Positions 1-12,606 of a stretch of 64,000 nucleotides of DNA are shown in pieces (the stretch's first letter is position 1; the number at the start of each line of letters is the position of its first letter). Position numbers and translations under genes: made by a program. Under the pieces are notes generated by a model. The model made no database searches. It was not told the origin of the DNA and saw only the letters and a program-made list of their open reading frames with translations. Source of the stretch: Macrostomum lignano (taxonomy: Eukaryota); assembly GCA_002269645.1 (NCBI GenBank), contig NIVC01002203.1:44502-108501 (forward strand). The letters are read 5' to 3'.

Positions 1-43
1 GGCTGAATGCTTGTTGTTAACTTTATTTTATGTACCAGGAAAC

Positions 44-165
44 ATGGAACCTATCAAGCTACAATGGAACCCCATCAAGCTACAATGGAACCCCATCAAG
101 CTACAATGGAACCCCATCAAGCTACAATGGAACCCTATCAAGCTACAATGGAACCCTATCAAGCT
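44..165. repeat. 21-bp minisatellite (ATGGAACCCCATCAAGCTACA), ~6 copies
   Basis: Direct tandem copies; explains the repetitive MEPHQAT/PIKLQWN ORFs. Confidence 0.9.
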
Positions 166-925
166 GCAGAACCATGGCGCAGGAACTGATTCTGGGCTTA
201 GGCCTGCATCAAAGTCGATCTGGCCCTCACCAATCGCAGGTACATATACCTGGCGGCTTTATGCAGAAACTGATCCCCTCTACGCCGCATGCCCTGCAGC
301 TACAACAGGCGGCTTGACACCCTGGCGTACAGGCAGATAATGACTCCTGACTGTGCCTGATAATTGACAGCTTCAGGCCAGGGCGCTGGGGGTGCGAAAA
401 TCCACAACTTGTCGGATCGAGGAGGGGGTGGGGTTCGGCAGTCGGGTGGGATTCGCGGTTTCCTTGATTCTCTCCTAGCGCTCGGTTGACCTCCGCTGAC
501 TTCGACGCCGATGAAAAAAACGAAAGAAAATTTCCTGACACACACAAACTGCTTCGCGGAGGTGGCTATTATAAACAAACGGTTCGAATGCAGTTCCGCA
601 AACATATCGGGAGGAACAAATCTCTATGTTTCTCCATTTTTAGGCAACGGATTAAACTCGCCAGATTGTAATTTGCCTTTGTTTTGGCCAGAAAACATGC
701 AGAATATTTCTAACTAACAGTGGGTAATGAAAACTGAAATTAAACACAATCAATCGCTTGCCCGTCAGTCAAATTTAAGTCAAAGTCAAGCGTCAAAAAT
801 CGATCAATATTAAGTTAGCTGGATCTTAAGCTGGCATTCCTACTGCTTAGTAACAAGTTGCAGACATTAACGGTTTTTTTACTGTGCGATACTGCCATTA
901 TTTGACTGCCCGCGGTGAAGCTTCA

Positions 926-1255
926 GGTTAAGGGTTTAGGTTAGGAATTAGTGGCTTTAGGGTCTAGGTTTTTAAGGTTTTTTAAGGTTAGGGTTTTAGG
1001 GTTTCTACGAGTAGTTTTTGGGGCTTTTAGGGTTTTAGGGTTCCAGGTTAGGGTTTAGGCTTTTTAGGGTTTTCAGGGTTTTAGGGTTTTTATGGTTTTA
1101 GGGGTTTAGGTTAGCTTGGGGTTTTTTATGGTTTTAGGGTTTTAGGTTAGCTTGGGGTTTTTAGGTTTTTTAGGGTTAGGGTTTTTGGATTTTAGGGGAC
1201 AGGGTAGGGTTCGGGCTTTAGGGTTAGGGTTTAAGGTTAGGGTAGGGTTAGGGTC
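926..1255 (+). repeat. Degenerate interstitial telomere-like (TTAGGG/TTTTAGGG) tract
   Basis: Repeated TTAGG(G) with variable T runs; near-perfect GGTTAGGG units at 1220-1253. Confidence 0.75.
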
Positions 1256-1434
1256 TACAGTCAAACTGCTGACAGTAGTCGGCTGTCGTAGACCCTTTTT
1301 TCTGTTTGATAATCAACTATGAGTATAATATTGACAATAGTATATCGTAATTAACTACAATCTAACATGTAATAGCGTTTTTATTGCGGATTTATTTACA
1401 TCTCGTATGTCTCGTCGTCTAGTGGCAGTTGCAT

Positions 1435-1641
1435 GGCAGGTTTTCGCCGAAAAATTAATACACTACGGAGACAGGAAGTTTTTCTTTTTTCGGCACAAAA
1501 AATTGTTATTGCTTTCGATAGGAGGCAGACTCAAGGTTTATCTTTTGATAATTTGTAACTTTCTTATTGCTCTATTAATTTAATATTCATAAAAATGAAA
1601 ACTTCCTATCTCAGTAGTGTATTTTTCAGCGAAAACCAGCC
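1435..1641. mobile_element. MITE-like element with ~45-bp imperfect terminal inverted repeats
   Basis: GGCAGGTTTTCGCCGAAAAATTAATACACTACGGAGACAGGAAGTTTT at the left end is the near reverse complement of AAAACTTCCTATCTCAGTAGTGTATTTTTCAGCGAAAACCAGCC at the right end; no clear TSD. Confidence 0.6.
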
Positions 1642-2605
1642 TCCTTAGCGCTTAGTTTCCAGTCCTTCTAGTCCTTGATCCAGCTATGTACTCATGCAGC
1701 TTTCACTTTAAACTGCTCTGTCTCTCAAATCAATATATGACTTGCTTTTGTCCATAGACTTCTGCAGGGTAAAGACTTTAGCAGCCCCTCCCTCCCTCTG
1801 CTTCACAGTCGCACTTGGTCTCCGCTCTAACAAGCCTCATTCCCACTTACTGTCAGTTATAGCCAGGTGTCTCAAAGACTGCACCTCCTTGATCAGTGTT
1901 CAGACTTCTCTTTTCCTTGTCTTGTTCTCTTACCATCCTCTCCCTTTGTCTTCTTTCACTACCGTTCCCCTTTACCTCTTCGTAGCCATGGGGCACCATT
2001 GGTTGTATTGGTCCTTGACGACTCCATCAATTTTTAACAGATGCGCGATACATACTACTTACTGTTCAATGAACAAGTAGATTGGAATTTTCATTAGCAT
2101 TTACCCAGTAAAATGAAATAAGAAACGCGGTGCAACACACTACTCGCAATTGGCATTCAACAGTCCAACTAACAGACCGAGAAGCATAATTACTAACAAA
2201 CGACTCCTTGAAACAACACAAGGTTATGCGAGTTCAATTTTTTTGTTTTATTTTTCTCAATTTTTATTCGACAAACTAACAGCTGACAAAAGACAAGAGG
2301 GAGGGAACAAGTCCGACGGCTTATTAAATGTCTTGTTCACCATCATCATATCGGGATGCATAAAAATATGGCTTGTCCAGATGGGAATATGCTATTATTT
2401 ATCGATTGCTAACTACTGTTTGAAGTTTAAAACATCGAAGGTGCTACACGGGGTCAGAGTGGAGTTACACACCGCATCCTGTCTCGCTGCGTGCCCAGGT
2501 TTCCTTTGCAGTTTGCTGCTCAAACCGACTGAAAATAAAATGGATTGGGCATTAACTGGCTGCACTGCTGCCTTCGCTTGTGAAAAACGGAATTCCCGCA
2601 CAATA

Positions 2606-3235
<630 letters not shown>

Positions 3236-3492
3236 CTAGTGATTGCCTCCTTATCTTTAAATAAAACAAATATTGGCAGGAGGGCTGTCGGCACCTGGCA
3301 CAATGCGCTGACTGCAATTCTGCCCATTGCGCTGATTCCTGAGCACAACACACAAGCGCGCCAATACTGTACACAGACACACGCTCACACAGGGAGTACA
3401 GCGGCCCTGGTTTTCTTATCGACAGGCAACTCCCTCCGGACCAATTTGTTTTTCTCCACACAAGAATCGAACCAGGGGTGCTAACCCGACCG

Positions 3493-4104
3493 CTAAAGCC
3501 CCGCCCGAGCGCTCACCTGGAAATAGTCCTTGCTCTTGACCGGGTCCGGTTTCATAGTCTTGGCGCCGGGCTTCCAGTTGGCCGGGCAGACTTCGCCGTG
3601 CTTGTCGGTGAACTGGAAGGCCTGCACCAGACGGAAAGTCTCGTCAACGGACCGTCCAACAGGCAGGTCGTTGATTGTGATCTGCCTGAGCTGGCCCTTC
3701 TCGTTGATGATGAACAGGCCGCGGAAGGCGATGCCCTCGTCGCCTTTGAGCACACCGTAGGCGCGGCTAATCGCGTGAGACGGATCGGCGAGCAGCGGCA
3801 TGTTGAGCCGGCCGAGTCCGCCGTCCTTGCGAGCCGTGTTGGTCCAGGCCAGGTGGACAAAGTGAGTGTCGGTGCTGCAGGCCACCAGTTCGCAGTTGGC
3901 CTTGCGAAAGTCTTCGGCCCGATCGCTGAAGGCGATGATCTCGGTGGGGCAGACAAAGGTGAAGTCGGCCGGATAGAAGAACAGCACAACATATTTGCCG
4001 CGATAGTTGGCCAGGCTGATGTCGGCGAACGACTGGTCGGGCATGACGGCTTTGCCGGCAAAGTCGGGCGCCTGGCAGCCTGGCAACAGTTGCTGGGCGG
4101 ACAT
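3493..4104 (-). CDS. PRDX: Typical 2-Cys peroxiredoxin (Prx1/AhpC subfamily)
   Basis: [13 protein letters not shown] (peroxidatic Cys), GEVCPANW (resolving Cys), GGLG and YF motifs; ATG at 4104 directly follows a CAG acceptor; probable donor GTGAG at 3516 after YFQ, so the true terminal exon is unresolved. Confidence 0.96.
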   Translation of the reverse strand: MSAQQLLPGCQAPDFAGKAVMPDQSFADISLANYRGKYVVLFFYPADFTFVCPTEIIAFSDRAEDFRKANCELVACSTDTHFVHLAWTNTARKDGGLGRLNMPLLADPSHAISRAYGVLKGDEGIAFRGLFIINEKGQLRQITINDLPVGRSVDETFRLVQAFQFTDKHGEVCPANWKPGAKTMKPDPVKSKDYFQVSARAGL

Positions 4105-4230
4105 CTGGTCGGGCTTGTTAGCTAGCTGGGATGGATGGGGCGGGTTGTACATCAGATTAGTATTGACGGACTTATTCATTCAAAGTTTACTGGATTGCCA
4201 CTTGGTAACTGCGGCGGCTGTTAAGTCTGG

Positions 4231-4559
4231 CAGTTTGGGATTCTTAAGCTGTGTGACAGTTTGGAGGCGATTCTTAAGCTGTGACAGTTTGGAGGCGATT
4301 CTTAAGCTGTGTGACAGTTTGGAGGCGATTCTTAAGCTGTGTGACAGTTTGGAGGCGATTCTTAAGCTGTGTGACAGTTTGGAGGCGATTCTTAAGCTGT
4401 GTGACAGTTTGGAGGCGATTCTCAAGCTGTGTGGCAGTTTGGGCGATTCTCAAGCTGTGGAACAGTTTGGGGGCGATTCTCAAGCTGTGGAACAGTTTGG
4501 AGGCGATTATCAAGCTGTGGGACAGTTTAAGGGCGATTCTTAAGCTGTGTGCGGTTTGG
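4231..4559. repeat. 30-bp minisatellite (GATTCTTAAGCTGTGTGACAGTTTGGAGGC), ~11 copies
   Basis: Direct tandem copies ~130 nt upstream of the Prx ATG. Confidence 0.92.
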
Positions 4560-5656
4560 TGTCGCCTCAAATACAGCAGTTAATAGTAAGTAAGAAACTT
4601 TCCCAAAGCAACAATGCGATAGCTTTATGTTGGCGCCTAAAAAGTACTTTTTAAAAAAGAAGTTTCAGCACGAGAGCGGAGCAGGCAAAGCCTGGTAGGG
4701 GGATTTAACAACAGTACACTCTATATAAAATATTATTCAACACTGCAGAACGTGCCCGTCATGCAGCTTCGGGTCGAGGGCAACGGCAATAGGCCTGGGA
4801 TGGGATTAAAAAGAGCAACGCCAAAAGATGATTGTCAATCCGGCCTATGAGAGATAACACTGGGGCTAAAAAAATCCCTAAATATCCCCCATCCCCCTGC
4901 AAACAGGGACTAGGCAGGTATTGTTACACTGGCTAGATGTTAATTTCGAAGCTAGACGATCCTTCCTATCCTTCATGGTACACGTATAGAATGTTGTAAA
5001 TCCGATTTGGCCATCTGTTACATCCATGTTCAGTGCACACACACATACATATACAGCATATAGTGCCGGCGAAACCCTCTAACGAATCGGACCCGTCAAG
5101 GACAACTTTTGCGTAGATTTCTGGATCGGAAACAGTCCGCACACCAACAAAGGACCGAACTTGACAGAATTGATTCAAGAGATTTTTCTGCACAGCGGGT
5201 CTCCAGTCCAGGTAATAGCCAGAGGTAGGTCCATGGACCAAACTTTCTACAAGGTTCCTTTGCTTTACTAATTAACTGGATGGATGATGAAGGTAAGAGG
5301 TAAAAAATGCTTGGGGGGAGAAATCGAGGGACAAAAAAGAGCCGGGAGCAGCAAGGGATTAAGCAGGGTGAGTAGGCCGGATTTTAATTTAAGTTTCGCA
5401 GCGAACTCAGACCTGGGCCTAGCTGGCTTAACCGCCCCCCCCCTCGCCATCAGGAAGGCTCTGCAGGCAGGAGTAAGATAAGCAGAGTAGTGAGTCGGAG
5501 CGGGAGAACAGAAAAAGTAAAAGCAGAACAACTAGAGCGAGCTCAAATACAAGACATGAAATTCATATGCTTTCGAAAGAAAACATTCGAGTTGCATATA
5601 CTGAGCTTGATTTATTTATTTCAGTAAATTTATATTTCCACTTTTATTTAAAATTT

Positions 5657-6598
5657 GGTTTATGAGACATTCTAATATGAGAGATTCTGAGGGCGGTTTA
5701 TGAGAGATTCTGAGAGTGGTTTATGGGAGATTCTGAGGGTTGTTTATGGGAGATTCTGAGGGTTGTTTATGGGAGATTCTGAGGGTTGTTTATGAGAGAT
5801 TCTGAGAGTGGTTTATGGGAGATTCTGAGGGTTGTTTATGGGAGATTCTGAGGGTTGTTTATGGGAGATTCTGAGGGCTGTTTATGGGAGATTCTGAGGG
5901 TTGTTTATGGTAGATTCTGAGGGTTGTTTATGGGAGATTCTGAGGGTTGTTTATGGGAGATTCTGAGGGTGGTGTATGGGAAATTCTGAGGGTGGTTTAT
6001 GAGAGATTCTGAGGGTGGTTTATGAGAGATTCTGAGGGTGGTTTATGGGAGATTCTGAGGGTTGTTTATGGTAGATTCTGAGGGTGGTTTATGGTAGATT
6101 CTGAGGGTTGTTTATGGGAGATTCTGAGGGTTGTTTATGGTAGATTCTGAGGGTTGTTTATGGGAGATTCTGAGGGTTGTTTATAGGAGATTCTGAGGGT
6201 TGTTTTGTGAGATTCTGAAGGTGGTTTATGTGAGATTTTGAGGGTGGTTTATGTGAGATTTTGAGGGTGGTTTATGGGACATTCTGAGGGTGGTTTTTGG
6301 AGGTTCTGAGAGTGGTTTACGGGAGATTCTGAGGGAGGTTTATGAGAGATTCTGAGGGAGGTTTATGAGAGATTCTGAGGGTGGTTTATGGGACATTTTG
6401 AGGGTGGTTTATGGGAGATTTCGAGAGCGGTTTATGGGACATTCTGAGGGTGGTTTATGGGAGATACTGAGGGTGTTTTTTGGAGGTTCTGAGAGTGGTT
6501 TATGTAAGATTCTGAGTGGTTTACGGGAAATTCTGAGAGTGGTTTATGTCAGATTCTGAGTGGTTTACGGGAGATTCTAAAGGGTGGTTTATGTAAGA
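5657..6598. repeat. 23-bp minisatellite (GGGAGATTCTGAGGGTTGTTTAT), ~40 copies
   Basis: Direct tandem copies. Confidence 0.93.
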
Positions 6599-7211
6599 TC
6601 CTAACACTCGCGAGTCTGTGACTGTAGAAGTCTGAAAGCAAACAGAATGCGGGCAGAATGAGAAAGAACACAGAATCCCTTTGATGACACAGTAATCGCT
6701 TACAGCAGTGAGTGCTGCACTTGACCAAAGTTTTCAGCCAACTCTCGACGACTTTGCAAACTTAGCGTCAGTAAGGGAGAATGATAATAGTAATATAAAG
6801 TTTAGCGCTTAACTGGACAGCAAAGATTTGAGAAGCCGAATTGGAGCAAAGCAGAGAAAGTGAAGCTACAGAAGGCAAGCATTGAGCTTGAGTTAAGGCT
6901 AAGCTTAGTGAAGCACTTAACTATACATAGAACTAATGATCTCCTACCCCGATACATAAACTAACCATCAACGTCCAGTGGGAGACCTTGTACTTTCCCT
7001 GTCACTTTATTCACTGTAGCTTCCTTGACTGCATGCTTAGGACTGCAGGGCCCTCTCTTCCCCACTCTCTTCTCTCTCACATGCACACACGCGAAAGCCA
7101 ATCCCGAAGATCACTTTAACAACTGTGAAGACTGGAACAGAAAAGGTTGGCAAACTTTTTTAACATAAGGGCTAGATATTGAAGCTAGCTCATGACTGCG
7201 GACCAGAGCGA

Positions 7212-8100
7212 GGAGATGCGAGATGAGACAGGAATTGGGAGATGAGGGGAGACAAGGGAGAGAGGGGAGACAAAGAGAGAGGAGAGGAGATGCGAGATGT
7301 GAGAGGAAAGGGGAGATGAGGGGAGACATACATGCGCAACAGTCGGCCGAGTCGGCCGATCTGGCCGACCAATTTGGCAGCCAACCAAGGAAGTCGCAAA
7401 AATGCCCACCCAAAAAAACACAAAGTAGTAGTACTAAGTAGCTGACGAAGCATTTTGGCCTTATAAGACAGTCATAGTTACTCCTGCCGTTTACCCAAAA
7501 TTGCATAAATTTTGCTTTCGGGTTTTTTACATGTAAGTCGCATTTTTGGCCAAAAACTACGTCGCATTTTTGTTAAAACTAAGTCGCACGGCCGACCAAA
7601 TTTTGGAGGTTGCGCATGTATGAGGGGAGATAAGGGAGAGAGGGGAGACAAAGAGAGAGGAGAGGAGATGCGAGATGAGACAGGAAATGGGAGATGAGGG
7701 GAGACAAGGGAGAGAGGGGAGACAAAGGGAGAGGAGAGGAGATGCGAGATGAGACAGGAAATGGGAGATGAGGGGAGACAAGGGAGAGAGGGGAGACAAA
7801 GGGAGAGGAGAGGAGATGTGAGATGAGAGAGGAAAGGGGAGATGAGGGGAGATAAGGGAGAGAGGGGAGACAAAGAGAGAGGAGAGGAGATGCGAGATGA
7901 GACAGGAAATGGGAGATGAGGGGAGACAATGGAGAGAGGGGAGACAAGGGGAGAGGAGAGGAGATGCGAGATGAGAGAGGAAAGGGGAAATGAGGGGAGA
8001 CAAGGGAGAGGGGAGATGAGGGGAGATAAGGGAGAGAGGGGAGATGAGGGGAGAGAGGAGGGGAGGTATATGAAATGAGAGGAGAGGAGAAAAAATGAGA
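7212..8100. repeat. GA-rich ~70-bp tandem repeat interrupted by a MITE
   Basis: Recurring GAGATGAGGGGAGACAAGGGAGAGAGGGGAGACAAAG...GATGCGAGATGAGACAGGAAATGG units. Confidence 0.85.
7327..7622. mobile_element. hAT-type MITE, 296 bp
   Basis: Perfect 14-bp TIR CATACATGCGCAAC (7327-7340)/GTTGCGCATGTATG (7609-7622); 8-bp direct repeat AGGGGAGA on both flanks; removing it restores the GA repeat unit; 8-bp TSDs are typical of hAT. Confidence 0.8.
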
Positions 8101-9013
8101 GCTGAGAAGACACAAATCTTAAGCGGATCGAGTTTCGAAGGACCAGATAGAGAGGCTTTGCAGACCGGAGTTGCCCCCCCTGGCCCTGCTATAGATGTGG
8201 CGCCAAAATGAGCAGCTTAATTCTTAATTATTACGAGCGCAATTACCAGCTGCATATTTGTTGAATTCTTTATGCTATATATTATTTATTATACATATTT
8301 ACACACACACACACAACAAAAAACTATTATTAACCAACGCCGGGAAGCCATAGCTACTATAAGAGAGGGAAGGAATGAATAATAGGCTAGGCAAGGCATG
8401 TATATATAGAAACTGTATTATCATCCAGGTTATAGTATAGTAAATAAACATACGAGGAAAATGCCGGGCAGAGGGGAGGGGGGTTGGAAGAATAGTGGAA
8501 CGGAAGGCGACTGAAAAGGCGGCGCGAGGTTCTGGAAGAGCCAAAGGAGCGAGGGGGTGGATAGAAATGGATCGAAAGAAGGGAGTTAAGATGCAGGGCG
8601 AAAGCGGCTTCATCTGCCAGGGCAGGAGCACACGCCAACCACCCCAAGACTGCTCACTAATCGGGGGCGGCTGGACACTGACTTAGCTGAGACTTGCCTG
8701 ATTCAATTAGCACAGCAGGCAAAGGAAAGGCACAGCGGCTCCTGAGAATCTAAAGATCCTATTTGGCATGATAGAGACGAGATATGCACTCGTTGAGGGA
8801 AGGGTAGGGATACGGCAATTGGCCATCTGAGGCTAGCAGCAGCAGCAGCAGCAACAGCAGTCTTTATGGGTGCCAAGTCTATTCTCTTGCGTTAGTGCCA
8901 TCCTTAATTAATCAGTGGATATACCGTGCTCCAAGATGCTGAAATACACCTGAAAATTTATCACCAAATCAGTGACCCGAAAGCATAACAGATTGGTGGG
9001 ATAAAGAATAAAA

Positions 9014-9294
9014 CACAGCTCAGTCAGTGAATCCAGAATTCACACAGTGGCGTGAACAGCTCAGTCAGTGAATCCAGTATTCACACAGTGGCGTGAATAG
9101 CTCAGTCAGTGGATCCAGAATTCACACAGTGGCGTGAACAGCTCAGTCAGTGAATCCAGAATTCACACAGTGGCGTGAATAGCTCAGTCAGTGGATCCAG
9201 AATTCACACAGTGGCGTGAACAGCTCAGTCAGTGGATCCAGAATTCCCACAGTGGCGTGAACAGCTCAGTCAGTGAATCCAGAATTCAGTGGCG
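9014..9294. repeat. 41-bp minisatellite (CACAGTGGCGTGAACAGCTCAGTCAGTGGATCCAGAATTCA), ~7 copies
   Basis: Contiguous copies with no unique spacers. Confidence 0.92.
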
Positions 9295-9318
9295 CGAGTC
9301 CCGCATCTTGGGCCTCAC

Positions 9319-9747
9319 CGACACCAGCTGCAGCTGCTGCGCAAAGCCCCGAAGAAGCCGGTCAAGAAGGCGCTGGCCGCCGTCAGCAGCGAGCTCCGCG
9401 GCACCGCAGTTCTCGGTCAGCAGCTCACCGATATCGTCATCCCCGTCGGCCTCGTCATCCTGCTGCTGCATGACCGGACAAGAGCGAGCTACCGGACAGG
9501 GGATAACCATCGAGCACTCGGGATGCTCAAGCAGGCTGACGGGATGCAGATGGCCAACACCTGACACCGTCGACGACGTGGACGCAGCAGCAGCCGCCGC
9601 CGCCGCCGCCGCCGCCATGTCGGGAGGCACAGGCGACGGCGGCGGCCGGCGATGACTTGGCGGACTGCGGACAGTCGGCGAAAATGAGACGTGCCGTTCG
9701 GAGCTCGAGTCGCGAGAGTCCTGCTTGATGATTGGCCGGCAGCTCAT
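9319..9747 (-). CDS. Probable coding exon of an unidentified low-complexity protein (poly-Ala, acidic patch, RHVSF motif)
   Basis: GC-rich open frame of 143 codons; acceptor CTGCAG|TC just before the ATG; GTGAG donor at 9318 in phase 0. Confidence 0.5.
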
Positions 9748-11584
9748 GACTGCAGGTTTGCCTGTTCTACTAAGCCTTTTAGCCGACGCAGTACAGCTTT
9801 GAGGTAGGTCGCTCTAACAGCGAGGCGATGCGAGTTCACTCGCTATATTCTCTTTCCAGCCAAGGAAATCTCCCTTCGTCCTCCCGTCTCGCTCTTTTTT
9901 TCCTCTATACAGCTGGCCAATGGCATCGGCGCATCCACGTCGAGGTCAATTTGGTAGGCCATTTGTTTACATGCTTCTAGCACAAGTTCTATTTCAATAA
10001 AATATTTATAAGGTTTGCGCTGCTCTACTTTAAGTAGGAAAGCAAGAAAAAAAAGATTATTCTTGATATGCAAGTCCTCACTTTCCGTCCTAAACTAACT
10101 TGACAAGTATTCGTTTATATTGTATATCAAATCCACCACCCCTCTGTTCATATTATTTGCACATGAGCGCCGAGCGAGAGAGTGAATTGTGGGACAACTG
10201 GTGGTGAAATAAGCCTGCCCGTCGAGGCACAAGAAAGAAAGCCGGAAATTCAGAAACAGATTTGCTTATTTAGAGTTACTTTGGTAGTATGAACTGACTA
10301 AGCAGTCAAGAGTATAAACTGAAAATGTGTGAAAAATATTAAGATTCGTAAATCATGATGCTTTGGGATCTGTTGGGTGCTCGTTTCCCAATAAATAACC
10401 CAAATACTGAAATAATCGCCGAGCCTAATAAATATTACAACCAACTAAAAAAGCTAGATTCTCTCTTTACGCTTCAACGAGATAAAGGAGAGATAAGCAA
10501 AAGAAAAAGACAGTAAACTACTAGAAGCTAATAAAAGTAGCCTTTGTCCTAGTAAAGTATTAAATGAATGTTTCAATGACCTTCACTGTTACTGTTAGCA
10601 GGAACGATGATTAATATCAGCTAGAAAAATTTATAATTGAAAAAATCAAACGATAACCACAAAAAACAGTTAATAGAAGAATCAACAATGCTTACCGATT
10701 GAAAGAGTTTAGAAAATAAAAAGATTTGAGACAAGTCAGGTCTCTAGACTTCAAGTAGAGTGCAGGGAAGAAAGAAAGGCCACAAAGGAGAGCTAGAGAG
10801 ACTTGTTCAATTTAGCTAATTTATATAATTACACTGGCTTCGTGTACAATGGATCAATGTACGGCGGAAAAACTCCTAACCCCCCCCCCCCAGACTGAGT
10901 GGGGCAGTGTGTGTGTGGTGGAATTTCACCCAATAAAACCGAAGGAGCGAGTGGGGAGTGGGGACGCGAGGGCTTCAGCGGCGGGCCAGTAAAAGCTGAG
11001 CTAAAGCGGGGGGGGGGGTTATTATAAACATCTCGGGGTCTTCCAGTTGAACTCTTACCGCAAGCCCCGTACCCCTCTGACCATTCCAGACTTGCAATGT
11101 ACTTATGTGCAGGATGATTACAATATACAGTGGACACGCACTCGCACACGACACCTAGGGAGGCTCGACTGTTGGCTCATTAATTAAGTTCCATTCAGTT
11201 TAGTTGATATTGAAAAGTTATTATATATTTTTTCTAGAAACTTCTCCTTGACTAAACAATATACTTTACAAAAATTGGAATTTAAATAAACGGGCCTAAA
11301 CTTTTATCTCAATAATAATTAAATTATATAGTTGAAAAATATATTTGTTGAAAACAATGGAATTACAAAACAGCCTGTCTGAGCTTGTTTCATATAGCCC
11401 CGTTCCCCTGTAAACCAAACACAGGCACTATACGAGCGTAAAGGTAATTCAAAGGGTATAAAATAGTTTTGGCCATACATGTAATACTTTGGGCTTGTAA
11501 AAAACCCACTCTCCTCTAAAAAATCATAAAAAATAATACGAGCGTTTTTCAAAAAAGGCTGCTTGACTACTTTAAGTAGTGAAT

Positions 11585-12349
11585 CGCTAAGATATCATCT
11601 GGAGCGCTAAGATTTCATCTGGGGCACTAATATCTCATCTGGAGCGCTAAGATCTCATGTACGACGCTAAGATCTCATCTGGGGCGCTAAGATCTCATCT
11701 GGAGCGCTAAGATCTCATCTGGAGCGCTAAGATCTCATCTGGAGCGCTAAGATCTCATCTGGAGCGCTAAGATCTCATCTGGTGCGCTAAGATCTCATCT
11801 GGGGCGCTAAGATCTCATCTGGAGCGCTAAGATCTCATCTGGTGCGCTAAGATCTCATCTGGGGCGCTAAGATCTCATCTGGAGCGCTAAGATCTCATCT
11901 GGAGCGCTAAGATCTCATCTGGTGCGCTAAGATCTCATCTGGGGCGCTAAGATCTCATCTGGGGCGCTAAGATCTCATTTGGGGCTCTAAGATCTCATCT
12001 GGGGCGCTAAGATCTCATCTGGGGCGCTAAGATCTTATCTGAGCGCTAAGATCTCATTTGGGGCTCTAAGATCTCAACTGGGGCACTAAGATCTCATCTG
12101 GGGCGCTAAGATCTCATCTGGAGCACTAAGATCTCATCTGGGGCGCTAAGATCTCATCTGGGGCGCTAAGATCTTATCTGAGCGCTAAGATCTCATTTGG
12201 GGCTCTAAGATCTCATCTGGGGCGCTAAGATCTTATCTGAGCGCTAAGATCTCATTTGGGGCTCTAAGATCTCAACTGGGGCACTAAGATCTCATCTGGG
12301 GCGCTAAGATCTCATCTGGGGCGCTAAGATCTCATCTGGGGCGCTAAGA
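11585..12349. repeat. 20-bp minisatellite (GCGCTAAGATCTCATCTGGG), ~38 copies
   Basis: Direct tandem copies. Confidence 0.95.
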
Positions 12350-12417
12350 TGTCTACTTCAGCATACAAATTCAAGGAAGGAATTTTTCTAAATAAATTTA
12401 TTACAGTTTTTACCTAC

Positions 12418-12606
12418 CTGATTAGACACGGAAAACTGTTGAATACGGCTGCTCAGTCCTGTTGCAGCAATCGGGCTGTTTGTTAGCTGCATGTACTGCC
12501 AAGGCCTTGTAACAACCGTGCTCATTGACCTGGGCAGCTGTGTCAGACAGCGGGTCAGGCATAGGCCCGACCTCATAGCTCTGAACGAAGCCACTGAGAC
12601 AGACAT
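12418..12606 (-). CDS. Candidate first coding exon encoding a mitochondrial-presequence-like peptide (63 aa)
   Basis: TTTAG|CGTC-ATG acceptor, CAG|GTAGGT donor in phase 0; MSVSVASFRAMRSGLCLTRCLTQLPRSMST...SSRIQQFSVSNQ has 6 Arg, many Ser/Thr/Leu and no Asp/Glu. Confidence 0.5.

Noticed and set aside
3493-3516. Unspliced Prx ending -AGL as a peroxisomal PTS1 signal
   Set aside because: AGL does not fit [SAC][KRH][LM], and the segment starts at a good GTGAG donor
3478-4125. 215-aa plus-strand ORF overlapping Prx
   Set aside because: Antisense shadow of a GC-rich, codon-biased CDS; the same applies to the antisense ORFs over the ETS, INTS1 and cystatin exons
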